Assembly: GCA_038562375.1 (NCBI GenBank)
Contig: JBCFAY010000002.1
Coordinates: 21,272 to 85,271, forward strand
Direction: 5' to 3'
DNA from: Bacillota bacterium
GTDB taxonomy: Bacteria > Bacillota > Clostridia > Christensenellales > CAG-138
DNA length: 64,000 bases
A program made the translations under genes and the position numbers. Of this stretch, positions 36,173 through 45,295 are shown in pieces; position 1 is the first letter of the stretch, and every line of letters starts with the position of its first letter. Below the pieces are notes generated by a model. The model was not told the origin of the DNA and did not search any database. It worked only from the letters and a program-made list of their open reading frames with translations.

Positions 36173-36286
36173 GAACGCTTCCCCTTTCATAACGATATAT
36201 GATTTGACGGACTGTGCGCCGATACCGCCGGACAAGCGGCAAAACGCGGGGCGCATATTTCGATCAAGCTGTGTATTTCTTCCATG

Positions 36287-36315
36287 AGTATACGATACCC
36301 ACCCTGAAAAATCAA
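36287..36315 (-). promoter_or_regulatory. Sigma-A-type promoter of the TIGR04076 gene
   Basis: -35 TTGATT (36315..36310), 17-nt spacer, -10 TATACT (36292..36287). Confidence 0.55.
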
Positions 36316-36402
36316 GCACCGCGGGCGCGCGGCAAACCATGCCGCCGCGAACGGGCAAGAAATCGGCCTACCCGAAACAATACATTTGGGAGAATGATTG
36401 AA

Positions 36403-36430
36403 CGGACGCCGCGAAGGTCCGCTGCGTCCG
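36403..36430 (-). terminator. Hairpin downstream of the Ldh_2 gene
   Basis: CGGACGC ... GCGTCCG (7 bp, 14-nt loop) with only a weak U-rich tail. Confidence 0.4.
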
Positions 36431-36460
36431 ATTGATTCTTTCAAGATATCAAATCTATAT

Positions 36461-37570
36461 TTACTTTTCCTCGAACGGGAAGCGGAGATCAAGGCCCAAC
36501 GCGTCGCGCACGCTGATGAGCTCGCCCCGCACGTCCGGCCCGATGGGCACGCCCTTATCCTTGCGCTCCTGCCAGATGAGGTATTCCTTTTCGCCCGCGG
36601 TATAGATGCGCTCCTGGCCCGGCGCTTTGTCGGACGCGCGCAGGGCCCGCAGGATATCCCCGGCCGTTTTTTTGAACGGCTCGAGCCCCATAAACGCCTC
36701 GGTATCAATCGCGATGAAGAAATGCCCGAGGTGATAGGGCACCATCTTCCCATCCTGGAACCCCAGGAGCATCTTCATATAGCTCCCTTGCTGCAGCGCG
36801 CAGGAGAAAATCTCGACCGCCGTTGCGTATCCGTAGCCCTTAAAGCCCGCAAGCTCATCGCCGATTCCGCCGAGGGGCGCGAGCGCCGCGGTTCCTTTTA
36901 CGAGGTCCTCCAATATCTGCACGGAATCCGTCAGCGCGCTTCCATCCCTGCCGATGACCATCCCGGCCGGAGTATCGAGGCCCTCGCGCGCGAAATACTC
37001 GATCTTGCCGCGCTGGGTGATAGAGGTCGCGCAATCGATCATGAAGGGGAACTCCTCATCGGTGGGCATACCGATGGTCAAAGGATTCGTGCCGAGCATA
37101 TTCTCCACGCCGAACGTCGGCGCAATGGAAGGCCGCGCGTTGGTGCCGGTAATGCCGATCATGCCCGCCTTGGTCGCCATCGAAGCGTAGTAGCCCGCGA
37201 TGCCGTAATGCGTCGAGTTGCGCACCGCAACCATGCCCATGCCGTATGCTTTGGCCTTGTCGATCGCCATCTGCATGCTGCGAACGCCGATCACCTGGCC
37301 CATACCGTCGTGCCCGTCGACCACGGCGGTGGTCGGCGTTTCCCGCACGATCTCGTACTCCGTCACCGGCTTTTGTATGCCTGCGACCAGCCTGTCGATA
37401 TAGATCGGCTTAAACCGGTTGACCCCGTGTGATTCGATCCCGCGCCGATCGCTCTCGAGCAGCACGTCCGTGCAGATCCTCGCGTCCGCCTCCGGCACGC
37501 CGTAGCCGATAAACGCCTCGGTAACGAATTTCTCGATCAACGGCCACGATACATATTCCCTGTTTTCCAT
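36461..37570 (-). CDS. Ldh_2-family (malate/L-lactate/ureidoglycolate-type) NAD(P)H-dependent oxidoreductase
   Basis: The ATG at 37570 (RBS AAAGGAA) gives 369 aa, with the family block ESDRRGIESHGVNRF. Confidence 0.85.
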   Translation of the reverse strand: MENREYVSWPLIEKFVTEAFIGYGVPEADARICTDVLLESDRRGIESHGVNRFKPIYIDRLVAGIQKPVTEYEIVRETPTTAVVDGHDGMGQVIGVRSMQMAIDKAKAYGMGMVAVRNSTHYGIAGYYASMATKAGMIGITGTNARPSIAPTFGVENMLGTNPLTIGMPTDEEFPFMIDCATSITQRGKIEYFAREGLDTPAGMVIGRDGSALTDSVQILEDLVKGTAALAPLGGIGDELAGFKGYGYATAVEIFSCALQQGSYMKMLLGFQDGKMVPYHLGHFFIAIDTEAFMGLEPFKKTAGDILRALRASDKAPGQERIYTAGEKEYLIWQERKDKGVPIGPDVRGELISVRDALGLDLRFPFEEK

Positions 37571-37598
37571 GTTCTGTTCCTTTCGAAGCCCTTTTGAT

Positions 37599-39107
37599 TC
37601 AGTCCTTGGGATTCTCCCAGTCAAGGGCGCGCCGTACGGCGCGCCTCCATCCGGCATAGAGTTGCTCGCGCATTGACGCGTCGAGCTTCGGCTCAAACGC
37701 GCGCGCGTCGCCGCAGCGCGGGAGCCCGTCCCGGTCCCGCCAAACGCCCAGTTTAAGCCCCGCGAGATACGCCGCGCCCAGTGCTGTCGACTCCGTCACG
37801 CCCGCACGGACGACCCTGCAGTCCAAGTAATCCGCCTGTAGCTGGAGCAGGATATCGCTCACGCTTGCGCCGCCGTCGGCCTTTAAATCGGAGATCGCGC
37901 AGCCCGAATCCTCCGCCATGGCCGCAGCGAGATCCTTCACCTGAAAGGCGATCGACTCGAGCACTGCGCGGGCGATGTGCGCCTTGCCCGTCCCGCGCGT
38001 CAGGCCAACCATCGTCCCGCGCGCGTACATATCCCAATAGGGCGCTCCAAGGCCGGTAAACGCCGGAACGAAGTATGCCCCGCCCGCGTCGGGGACGGTT
38101 TCGGCCAGCTCGTCGCACTCGTGCGAGGTCTTGATCAACCCCAGGTCGTCGCGGAGCCATTTGATCGCCGACCCGGTGTTAAAGGCGCTGCCCTCGAGCG
38201 CATACTCGATTTTTCCGCCCTCGCCCCAGGCGATCGTGGTCAGCAGCCTGTTCTTTGAGCGAAGGGAGCGTTCCCCGGTGTTCATCATCAGAAAGCAGCC
38301 GGTTCCATAGGTGTTTTTCGCCGTTCCCGGCGCAAAGCACAGTTGACCGAACAGCGCCGCCTGCTGATCGCCTGCGGCGGCGGCGATCGGTATCCCCGCC
38401 AACGCCTCCATGCCGGGGATGCCTTTTGCGGCTTCCCCATAAAAGGCGCTCGAGGGCAGAACCTCCGGAAGCATACCCGTCGGGATTTCCAGCAGGCCGC
38501 ACAAGCGCTCATCCCAGCGAAGCCCGTCGATATCGTAGAGCATCGTGCGCGACGCGTTGCTGTAATCGGTGACGTGCTTCGCGCCCTTCGTAAAATTCCA
38601 TATGAGCCAGGTATCGATCGTCCCAAAGAGCAACTCGCCGCGCCTTGCCCTCTCCCGCGCGCCTTGGACATGATCGAGTATCCACTTGATCTTGGTGGCG
38701 CTGAAATACGCGTCGATCAAAAGGCCGGTCTTTTCGGTCACATACGCCCCGAGCCCCTGCGCAGCAAGCGCTTCGCAGTCGGGCGCAGTGCGCCTGCACT
38801 GCCACACGATCGCGTTGTAGATCGGGCGCCCGGTCTCCCTCTCCCATACCACGGTTGTCTCGCGCTGGTTTGTGATGCCGATGCCCGCGATCTCAGACAG
38901 GGAAACGCCGCTTTTTTGGAGCGCGTCCGAAGCCGCGCGCGTCTGTGACGCGAGGATCCGCATCGGATCATGTTCGACCCAACCGGGCTTTGGATAAATC
39001 TGAGGAAATTCATTCTGCGATACGGCAACGGGCTTTCCTGCCTCGTCAAAGAGCACGGCGCGAGAGCTGGTCGTTCCTTGATCCATCGCAAGAACGTATT
39101 TCGCCAT
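37599..39107 (-). CDS. glpK: Glycerol kinase
   Basis: MAKYVLAMDQGTTSSRAVLF... shows full-length FGGY kinase similarity. The start at 39107 is preferred on N-terminal conservation, but the ATG at 39131 is not excluded. Confidence 0.93.
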   Translation of the reverse strand: MAKYVLAMDQGTTSSRAVLFDEAGKPVAVSQNEFPQIYPKPGWVEHDPMRILASQTRAASDALQKSGVSLSEIAGIGITNQRETTVVWERETGRPIYNAIVWQCRRTAPDCEALAAQGLGAYVTEKTGLLIDAYFSATKIKWILDHVQGARERARRGELLFGTIDTWLIWNFTKGAKHVTDYSNASRTMLYDIDGLRWDERLCGLLEIPTGMLPEVLPSSAFYGEAAKGIPGMEALAGIPIAAAAGDQQAALFGQLCFAPGTAKNTYGTGCFLMMNTGERSLRSKNRLLTTIAWGEGGKIEYALEGSAFNTGSAIKWLRDDLGLIKTSHECDELAETVPDAGGAYFVPAFTGLGAPYWDMYARGTMVGLTRGTGKAHIARAVLESIAFQVKDLAAAMAEDSGCAISDLKADGGASVSDILLQLQADYLDCRVVRAGVTESTALGAAYLAGLKLGVWRDRDGLPRCGDARAFEPKLDASMREQLYAGWRRAVRRALDWENPKD

Positions 39108-39250
39108 ATGCCCTCCCTGCGCCCGATCCATTTTCGTTCAGCCGTTTAAATATCAGATCTGATCCGTTCTATTCTATGGTGCTGCAAAAGACTTCAATCC
39201 GCGCCGGCGAATACTTATGCAATCGCATGGCGCGCCGCATCACATTCACT

Positions 39251-39279
39251 ATTATTGGGCAGTTGGCCCGAAAAGTCAA
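39251..39279 (-). promoter_or_regulatory. Candidate promoter of glpK
   Basis: -35 TTGACT (39279..39274), 17-nt spacer, -10 AATAAT (39256..39251). It leaves a leader of about 140 nt. Confidence 0.4.
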
Positions 39280-39336
39280 TGGCCCGCACGGATGGTTCCG
39301 GCGCGAAAAACGCCGCTTTATGATCCGCCGGAGCTC

Positions 39337-39345
39337 TGATATAAT
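39337..39345 (+). promoter_or_regulatory. Extended -10 promoter element of the S4-domain/ispDF operon
   Basis: TGATATAAT lies 27 nt upstream of the ATG, with a weak -35 TTTATG at 17 nt. Confidence 0.5.
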
Positions 39346-39371
39346 AAAAAGAACGCTATGGGAGGTTTTGT

Positions 39372-39623
39372 ATGCGCCTTGACAAATTTCTAAAAGTATC
39401 CCGGATCATCAAGCGCCGCACCGTCGCCAACGAGGCGTGCGACCTTGGCCGGGTCAGCGTCAATAACAAGGTGGCAAAGCCATCGACGGAGGTAAAAGTC
39501 GGGGATGTGCTCTCGCTACGCATCGGCGGAAAAATGCTCAGCGCACGGATACTGAGCATCAGCGAGCACGCGCTCAAGGCGGACGCCTCCGGCATGTATG
39601 AAGTGCTTCAGGAGGAGCCCTGA
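39372..39623 (+). CDS. RNA-binding S4-domain protein (YabO/Hsp15-like)
   Basis: 83 aa. MRLDKFLKVSRIIKRRTVA... is the typical S4 motif. RBS is GGGAGG. Confidence 0.9.
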   Translation: MRLDKFLKVSRIIKRRTVANEACDLGRVSVNNKVAKPSTEVKVGDVLSLRIGGKMLSARILSISEHALKADASGMYEVLQEEP

Positions 39624-40750
39624 TGCCAGTTTTCACCGGCATACTGCTCTGCGCCGGTTCTTCCGAGCGCATGGGAAAGACGGATAAGCTGACTCTCCCG
39701 CTCTTCGGACTCACGCCGCTTGAGCGAAGTTTAAACGCGCTCTTTGCCGCCGGGCTTGACCGGATCGTCATCGCGGTCTCGGAGCGGGCCGAGCCTACCG
39801 CGCGCCATGCCGCTGCGGATTGCCCCATCCCTGTAACGATCCTGCACGGGGGCGCGTCGCGCCAGGAGTCGTCGCTTTTAGCGCTCAGGGATGCAAAAGG
39901 CGCGGACGTCGTCGTCATCCACGACGCCGCTCGCTGCCTCGTCTCCCCCGCTCTAATTCGCGAAAGCGCGCAAGCCGCCCTTCGATACGGCAGCGGGGTC
40001 GCGGCCGTACCGGTACGGGATACGCTCCGGCATCGTGAACAAGGAACCACGATCGATCGCGACGGGCTCGTTATGATGCAGACGCCGCAGGCGTTTTGCT
40101 ACGAGCAAATCCTCGCCGCAAGCGAATCCGCCGCGCGGGAAGGTTTTTTGGCGACCGACGAATGCATGATCTACGAACACGCCGGGTTTAAGCCGCATTT
40201 TATCACGGGGGATCTGATGAATCAAAAGCTGACCTATCCCGAAGATGTGCCTTTCTTCAAAAAAGCGCTTCAATTTCCGCGCGTGGGCTATGGCGAGGAT
40301 ACCCACCGGCTCGTCGAGGGGCGCGCGCTGATCCTGGGCGGCGTCCAAATTCCTTTCTCACTCGGGCTAATGGGGCATTCGGACGCGGACGCGCTCACGC
40401 ACGCGGTCGTCGACGCGCTGCTCGGCGCGGCCGCCCTTGGCGATATCGGCACGCATTTTCCGGACAGTTCGGACGAATACCGCGGCATCTCCTCTCTTAT
40501 CCTGCTCGAAAGGACGCGCGCCAAGCTTGAGGACGCCGGATACGCGGTTCTGAACATCGACGCGACCGTCGTCGCGCAGCAGCCAAGGCTCGCGCCATAC
40601 ATCGGTTCCATGCGGCAGGCCCTCGCCCGTGCGCTCTGCCTGCCCGACGAACGCGTCGGCGTAAAGGCGACAACGCCGGAGGGCGTCGGCCCCGAGGGCA
40701 GGCTCGAATGCATCACGGCGCGCTGCGTCGCATCCATCCTGCACATCTGA
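39623..40750 (+). CDS. ispDF: Bifunctional 2-C-methyl-D-erythritol 4-phosphate cytidylyltransferase / 2-C-methyl-D-erythritol 2,4-cyclodiphosphate synthase
   Basis: 375 aa. The N-terminal half is IspD (GILLCAGSSERMG). The C-terminal half is IspF (GYGEDTHRL...GHSDADAL...). The start overlaps the S4-gene stop by 1 nt. Confidence 0.94.
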   Translation: MPVFTGILLCAGSSERMGKTDKLTLPLFGLTPLERSLNALFAAGLDRIVIAVSERAEPTARHAAADCPIPVTILHGGASRQESSLLALRDAKGADVVVIHDAARCLVSPALIRESAQAALRYGSGVAAVPVRDTLRHREQGTTIDRDGLVMMQTPQAFCYEQILAASESAAREGFLATDECMIYEHAGFKPHFITGDLMNQKLTYPEDVPFFKKALQFPRVGYGEDTHRLVEGRALILGGVQIPFSLGLMGHSDADALTHAVVDALLGAAALGDIGTHFPDSSDEYRGISSLILLERTRAKLEDAGYAVLNIDATVVAQQPRLAPYIGSMRQALARALCLPDERVGVKATTPEGVGPEGRLECITARCVASILHI

Positions 40751-40853
40751 ACGCGCGTTTAGCGCGTTCCGCCTGCACCGCGTCAAAAGAGCGCAAAACC
40801 GTGCTTTAAGCAAAGGCCGCAACGCCCAATGTGCCGGGAAACGCGACCAAAAC

Positions 40854-40882
40854 AAAAAAAGCTCCCGAAGGAGCTTTTTTTA
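40854..40882. terminator. Bidirectional terminator (hup / ispDF convergent)
   Basis: A7-GCTCC-cgaa-GGAGC-T7. Confidence 0.8.
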
Positions 40883-40891
40883 TTGTTTCAA

Positions 40892-41167
40892 TTATGCATT
40901 AAGGGCATCTTTGAGAGCTTTGCCCGCTTTGAACGCCGGAGCATTGGAAGCCGCGATATCGATTTCGGCGCCGGTCATGGGGTTGTGGCCCTTATGAGCG
41001 GGACGGCTGCGGACTTCAAATACGCCAAAGCCAACAAGCTGCACTTTTTCACCGGCTTTGAGGGTTTCGGTGACGGTAGCGATAAAAGCGTTGACGGCCT
41101 TTTCCGCATCTTTTTTCGACATCGCGCTCTTTTCTGCAACCGCAGAAATAAGATCGGTTTTGTTCAT
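40892..41167 (-). CDS. hup: HU-family nucleoid-associated DNA-binding protein
   Basis: 91 aa. [14 protein letters not shown]...[21 protein letters not shown] matches HU. Confidence 0.96.
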   Translation of the reverse strand: MNKTDLISAVAEKSAMSKKDAEKAVNAFIATVTETLKAGEKVQLVGFGVFEVRSRPAHKGHNPMTGAEIDIAASNAPAFKAGKALKDALNA

Positions 41168-41223
41168 TTTTTACTGCCTCCTAATCATATAATGGATGAA
41201 TGATCATTTGGTTTCCGCTCCTT

Positions 41224-41252
41224 ATTGTACCAGCCCCAGGCCCAATATACAA
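41224..41252 (-). promoter_or_regulatory. Candidate promoter of hup
   Basis: -35 TTGTAT (41252..41247), 17-nt spacer, -10 TACAAT (41229..41224). Confidence 0.5.
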
Positions 41253-41259
41253 GGCGTTT

Positions 41260-42714
41260 CTAGCTTTTTTTCCCTGAAAATGGAGATATTTTTGCCAGAT
41301 TCCACAGGCGGTCCATCTCGTCGAGGGTCATTTGTTCCAAGTTGAGGTTTTGATGCGCCGCAAGCTTCTCCATCTGCTCAAAACGGCAGATAAATTTGTC
41401 CGTCGCCGCGTTGAGGATCGGTTCGGGTTTGCGCCCGCTCAGCCGCACGACGTTGACGACCGCAAAGAGCAGATCCCCCAGCTCTTCGTCGAGCCCTGAG
41501 CCGCTGTTGAGCGCATCCTGCACCTCTTGAGCTTCCTCCACCACCTTCTTGAGCGCATCGCCGGGATGTTCCCAGTCAAATCCAACATCAGCGGCTTTCT
41601 TCTGTACCTTATAGCTTCGAAGCAGCGCCGGGAAATTCATCGGTACCGCCCGGAGCACATCGGTCTGCGTATGAAAGCTCTTTTCAGTCTTTTTTAGCTT
41701 TTCCCAGTTTACCAATACCTCATTCGCGTCGCGCACGCTTGTATCCTTGAACACGTGCGGATGCCGATAAATGAGCTTGTTGACGATGCCCGTGCATACA
41801 TCCCGCATCGTAAAGCGCTGGCGCTCCTCGCCGATGACAGCATGGAACACGATCTGCAGCAAAAGGTCGCCAAGCTCTTCCGCAAGAGCGTCGTCATCCT
41901 CCCTTTTGATCGCGTCAATGACCTCGTAGGTTTCCTCGATCAGCGCGTCCTGCAGGGATTGATGCGTCTGCTTGGCGTCCCAGGGGCAGCCGCCGGGTGC
42001 GCGAAGGCGCGCGGTCAGTTCCTCGAGCTGCCGCAGCCCGTGGCGGGACAGGCGCTCAAGCTGCTGCGCCGGCGGCACGACGAGCACCGTCGCGATGGAG
42101 ATCCCCTCGCAGCGGTCAAGCTCGTACAGCGCGATTTGTCTGTACGAATAAGTCCCGTCCCCAGCCATGCTCGCAAGGTACACCGGCCAATCGTCCGGAT
42201 AGTATTCGAGCAAATACAGTTTCACCTCGCCGGCGAGCAGCTTTGCATCGAACTCCTCCACAGCCAGCGGAAGCGTTACGTCGATGCGGCGGTCCGCGAG
42301 CGCCGCCGCGGTGCACACCCCGCACTCTCCGGCCAGCATCGGGCAGTTCGCAATCGCCGCCTGCGCGTATCCGACGCCGGGGATGCGCAGGACGCGTACA
42401 TCAAGCTTGTCCGCTGCCTCTATGATATGCTTAAGAAGCTCCGTGCCCTCGATTCCCCGCCCGGGCACCGCGAACACGACATCGCGCTCGGGTTCCTCCA
42501 GGAGGCGTTCCGCGATCGCCCGGTGCAGCTGCGTGAAATCCTCAGTTCCTTCATAGAGGTCGTCCATCGCGATCCCGTCCGGCCGAAGCGCCGCCGCCCA
42601 GTCCATGCATGGATTCCTGAGCGTTTGAAAAAACAGCCTGTCCGCTTTTAAAACCGTCTCTTTCGAGGCGCACCCATACGTTTTAGGCGTACCCAGCGCC
42701 GCTATCGTGAGCAT
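41260..42714 (-). CDS. mazG: YabN-type bifunctional protein: tetrapyrrole-methylase-like domain plus MazG nucleoside-triphosphate pyrophosphohydrolase
   Basis: 484 aa. The C-terminal half holds tandem MazG repeats (EETYEVIDAI..., EEAQEVQDAL...). Synteny with spoVT, a flippase and the S4-domain protein mirrors Bacillus yabM-yabN-yabO. Confidence 0.88.
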   Translation of the reverse strand: MLTIAALGTPKTYGCASKETVLKADRLFFQTLRNPCMDWAAALRPDGIAMDDLYEGTEDFTQLHRAIAERLLEEPERDVVFAVPGRGIEGTELLKHIIEAADKLDVRVLRIPGVGYAQAAIANCPMLAGECGVCTAAALADRRIDVTLPLAVEEFDAKLLAGEVKLYLLEYYPDDWPVYLASMAGDGTYSYRQIALYELDRCEGISIATVLVVPPAQQLERLSRHGLRQLEELTARLRAPGGCPWDAKQTHQSLQDALIEETYEVIDAIKREDDDALAEELGDLLLQIVFHAVIGEERQRFTMRDVCTGIVNKLIYRHPHVFKDTSVRDANEVLVNWEKLKKTEKSFHTQTDVLRAVPMNFPALLRSYKVQKKAADVGFDWEHPGDALKKVVEEAQEVQDALNSGSGLDEELGDLLFAVVNVVRLSGRKPEPILNAATDKFICRFEQMEKLAAHQNLNLEQMTLDEMDRLWNLAKISPFSGKKS

Positions 42715-42718
42715 TCGA

Positions 42719-44317
42719 CTACCTCCTGAAAAGCAGTTTCTTCAGCCGCGAGCCGCCCGGAATCAGGCTCAAGTCCTCCTCGGAGAACGCTTTGAGCAGC
42801 AGGAGCAGCGCGCCGTAGACACAGACGCCGATGGCCACGGCCGCGAGTGTGGAAAGCGTCCGATGCCCCGTTTTGGAGAGCGTTTCGTATACAAGGTATA
42901 CCGCGAGGCCCATCGCTCCGGACGCGACCAGGGGCTTGCCGAACACATCCCAGAGCTGCAGTTTCATGCCCGTTTTGCGCACCATGTAAATGGTATCCAG
43001 TATGCCCGCCGCGGCATAGCACGCGACGGTGGACACCGCCGCGCCCTGGATGTTGATCGAAGGAATCCTTGTGAGCACGAGCATCGTGATGACCTTGAGT
43101 ATGCCGCCGAAGATCAGGTTGAACACCGGAACGTTTGCCTTGCCCATGCCCTGCAAAACGCCGGTCATCGTCTGCACCAGCGAGAGGAAAATCACGCCGA
43201 TGGCCGCGGTGTGCATCAGATCCGCCGCAAGGAGGAGCTGCTCTTCGCTAAGGCGCGTAAAGAGCATTCCGATGATCGGCTTGGCGAGCACGAACAGTCC
43301 CGCCGCGCAGGGCATACCGATGAGCAGCGCAAGCTTCATTCCCGTGCGCGCCGCCCGTTTGACGGATTTGTAATCGTGCCGCGCCATGCTCCCGGAGATC
43401 GCCGGCACGAGGCTCATCGCGAGCGCCGCGGTCAGCACGGCCGGCATATTGATCAGCGGCGTCACATAGGAACGAAGCGCTGTAAACGCGCTCATCGCCT
43501 GACTGAGCGTAAAGTTGATATCGATAAGTATGGTCATGATCATGTTGGCATCCACGATTCCGGTGATCGGCATGATCGATGCGCCGATCGTAACCGGTAT
43601 CGCGATGGCCAACAGGCCCATCGCCACCCGCCTGATCCGCGGAAGCTGTACCTTCGGCGCGGACTTGATCGCCTTTCTAAGTTCCTTCTTATGCGACCAG
43701 AAGAATACGGCGATGATGACCAGCGCCATTAGCTCGCTGATGCTCACGCCGATCAACGCGCCCATCGCGGCGTATTGCGGGCCCCGGGAGAGCAATGCGG
43801 ACGCAAGCGCAAAGCCGACGCCGAGCTTGCCGACCTGCTCGACCACCTGCGAGACGGCGGTTCCCGTCATCAGTTGCAGACCCTGAAGATACCCACGGTA
43901 GGCGCACATGAGCGAAACGAGCAAAAGAGCAGGCGCGAGAGCGCGCAGCGAGAGAGCGGCCTCGGGCAGCGGAGTTCCGCTCACGAGCAGGTCCGCGCCG
44001 AAGAACATCAGCGTGGATGTGACGACGCCGATGATCAAAAGCATACGAAACGCCGTCCTGAAGACCTGATGCGCACCGCGGTAGTCCCCGAGCGTCACGC
44101 GCTCGGACACCATTTTCGAAATCGCCGTCGGCAGGCCTGCGGAGGAAACCACCAGCAGGAAGGAATAGTAAGGATAAGCGACCTCATAAAAGCTCATCCC
44201 GTTCGAACCGATGATGTTCGAAAGCGGGATTCGATAGATCGCGCCTATGATCTTAACGATTAATCCGGCTACCGCGAGTATCGCAGCGCCTCTGATAAAC
44301 GACTTTTTTTCCATCAA
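42719..44317 (-). CDS. MOP-superfamily polysaccharide/lipid II flippase (SpoVB/YabM family)
   Basis: 532 aa with about 14 predicted TM helices. The N-terminus ...FIRGAAILAVAGLIVKIIGAIYRIPLSNIIG is typical of SpoVB/MurJ-like proteins. Confidence 0.88.
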   Translation of the reverse strand: MMEKKSFIRGAAILAVAGLIVKIIGAIYRIPLSNIIGSNGMSFYEVAYPYYSFLLVVSSAGLPTAISKMVSERVTLGDYRGAHQVFRTAFRMLLIIGVVTSTLMFFGADLLVSGTPLPEAALSLRALAPALLLVSLMCAYRGYLQGLQLMTGTAVSQVVEQVGKLGVGFALASALLSRGPQYAAMGALIGVSISELMALVIIAVFFWSHKKELRKAIKSAPKVQLPRIRRVAMGLLAIAIPVTIGASIMPITGIVDANMIMTILIDINFTLSQAMSAFTALRSYVTPLINMPAVLTAALAMSLVPAISGSMARHDYKSVKRAARTGMKLALLIGMPCAAGLFVLAKPIIGMLFTRLSEEQLLLAADLMHTAAIGVIFLSLVQTMTGVLQGMGKANVPVFNLIFGGILKVITMLVLTRIPSINIQGAAVSTVACYAAAGILDTIYMVRKTGMKLQLWDVFGKPLVASGAMGLAVYLVYETLSKTGHRTLSTLAAVAIGVCVYGALLLLLKAFSEEDLSLIPGGSRLKKLLFRR

Positions 44318-44437
44318 ACGTTCCTCCGATTACTTGAGTATTATACCAGAATCGTCAAACATATGCTTGATTTTTGATAACCGGATCGCGGGTATCGGCG
44401 CATTCTGTTTCGGGCACGCAGTCCGCTGTAAACGGGC

Positions 44438-44486
44438 CAAAAAAATTTAAATGCGCCCATGCAAAAAAATTTACATTCGATCCATG
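44438..44486. repeat. Tandem 24/25-bp direct repeat in the flippase-spoVT divergent region
   Basis: CAAAAAAATTTAAATGCGCCCATG | CAAAAAAATTTACATTCGATCCATG. Confidence 0.7.
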
Positions 44487-44585
44487 TACAATATCGGGCA
44501 GGCAAATCGAAAAAAGGCCTGATTTTATTCGGTCTTTTACGGTCGGCAGGCTCTTTCGATGGCATAATTCTCCACGGGCGACCGC

Positions 44586-44614
44586 GAATATAACCCGTTT
44601 TCTTACAGATACTA
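44586..44614 (+). promoter_or_regulatory. SigmaG/sigmaF-like promoter of spoVT
   Basis: GAATA (44586..44590), 17-nt spacer, GATACTA (44608..44614). Compare the consensus GHATR-N17/18-CATnnTA. Confidence 0.45.
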
Positions 44615-44646
44615 TTCCTAAATCAAGGCACGGGAGGAAAACCGTT

Positions 44647-45204
44647 TTGAAGGCGACAGGAATTGTAAGAAGAATCGATGAACTCGGAAGGGTGGTAATC
44701 CCAAAAGAAATTCGCAGAACCATGCGTATCCGCGAGGGTGATCCATTGGAGATCTTCACGGACCGCGAAGGCGAAGTGATCCTCAAAAAATATTCGCCGA
44801 TCGGAGAGCTTGGCGACTTTGCAAAAGAGTATACCGAATCCTTGCATCACGCGATGGGGCATATCTGCGCCATCTGCGATAAGGACATCATCATTTCGGT
44901 TTCCGGCGGAGCGCGGCGCGAGCTGATGGATAAGGCGATCCACGAGGATATCGAGCGCCTGATCAAAAACCGCGAACGCGCGATGTATTCCAAGAGCGTC
45001 GACGGCACGCTCTTAAACATCACAGTGGACGACGAAGAAAACAACATGTATACCGCCCAGGTGATCCATCCCATCCTGTCCGAAGGCGACTCGATCGGCG
45101 CGGTCATCATGCTCAGCCGCGACAAGGACGCGGTCATGGGCCAGGCGGAATTCAAGGTCTGTGAAACGGCAGCCTATTTTCTCGGCAAACAGATGGAATC
45201 CTAA
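44647..45204 (+). CDS. spoVT: Stage V sporulation protein T (AbrB-family regulator)
   Basis: A TTG start at 44647, 9 nt after GGGAGG, gives (M)KATGIVRRIDELGRVVIPKEIRRTMRIREGDPLEIF..., near-identical to the SpoVT N-terminus. A GAF-like C-terminal domain follows. Confidence 0.93.
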   Translation: MKATGIVRRIDELGRVVIPKEIRRTMRIREGDPLEIFTDREGEVILKKYSPIGELGDFAKEYTESLHHAMGHICAICDKDIIISVSGGARRELMDKAIHEDIERLIKNRERAMYSKSVDGTLLNITVDDEENNMYTAQVIHPILSEGDSIGAVIMLSRDKDAVMGQAEFKVCETAAYFLGKQMES

Positions 45205-45246
45205 GCATCCGCACAGACATCAACGATTCCTGTTGGAAAAGAGCGT

Positions 45247-45286
45247 CAAAAACGAGGGCCGGCATCGGGTGCCGGCCCTCGTTTTT
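45247..45286. terminator. Strong bidirectional terminator (spoVT / PrsA-like convergent)
   Basis: A6-CGAGGGCCGGCA-tcggg-TGCCGGCCCTCG-T5, with a 13-bp stem. Confidence 0.85.
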
Positions 45287-45295
45287 AATTGCGCT

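Noticed and set aside
39152-39163. A perfect 12-bp palindrome ATCAGATCTGAT and a cre-like string (TGAAGTCTTTTGCA) in the glpK leader.
   Set aside because: The palindrome is short and could arise by chance. The cre-like string has 3 mismatches to TGWAANCGNTNWCA. I found no terminator or antiterminator pair of the GlpP type.
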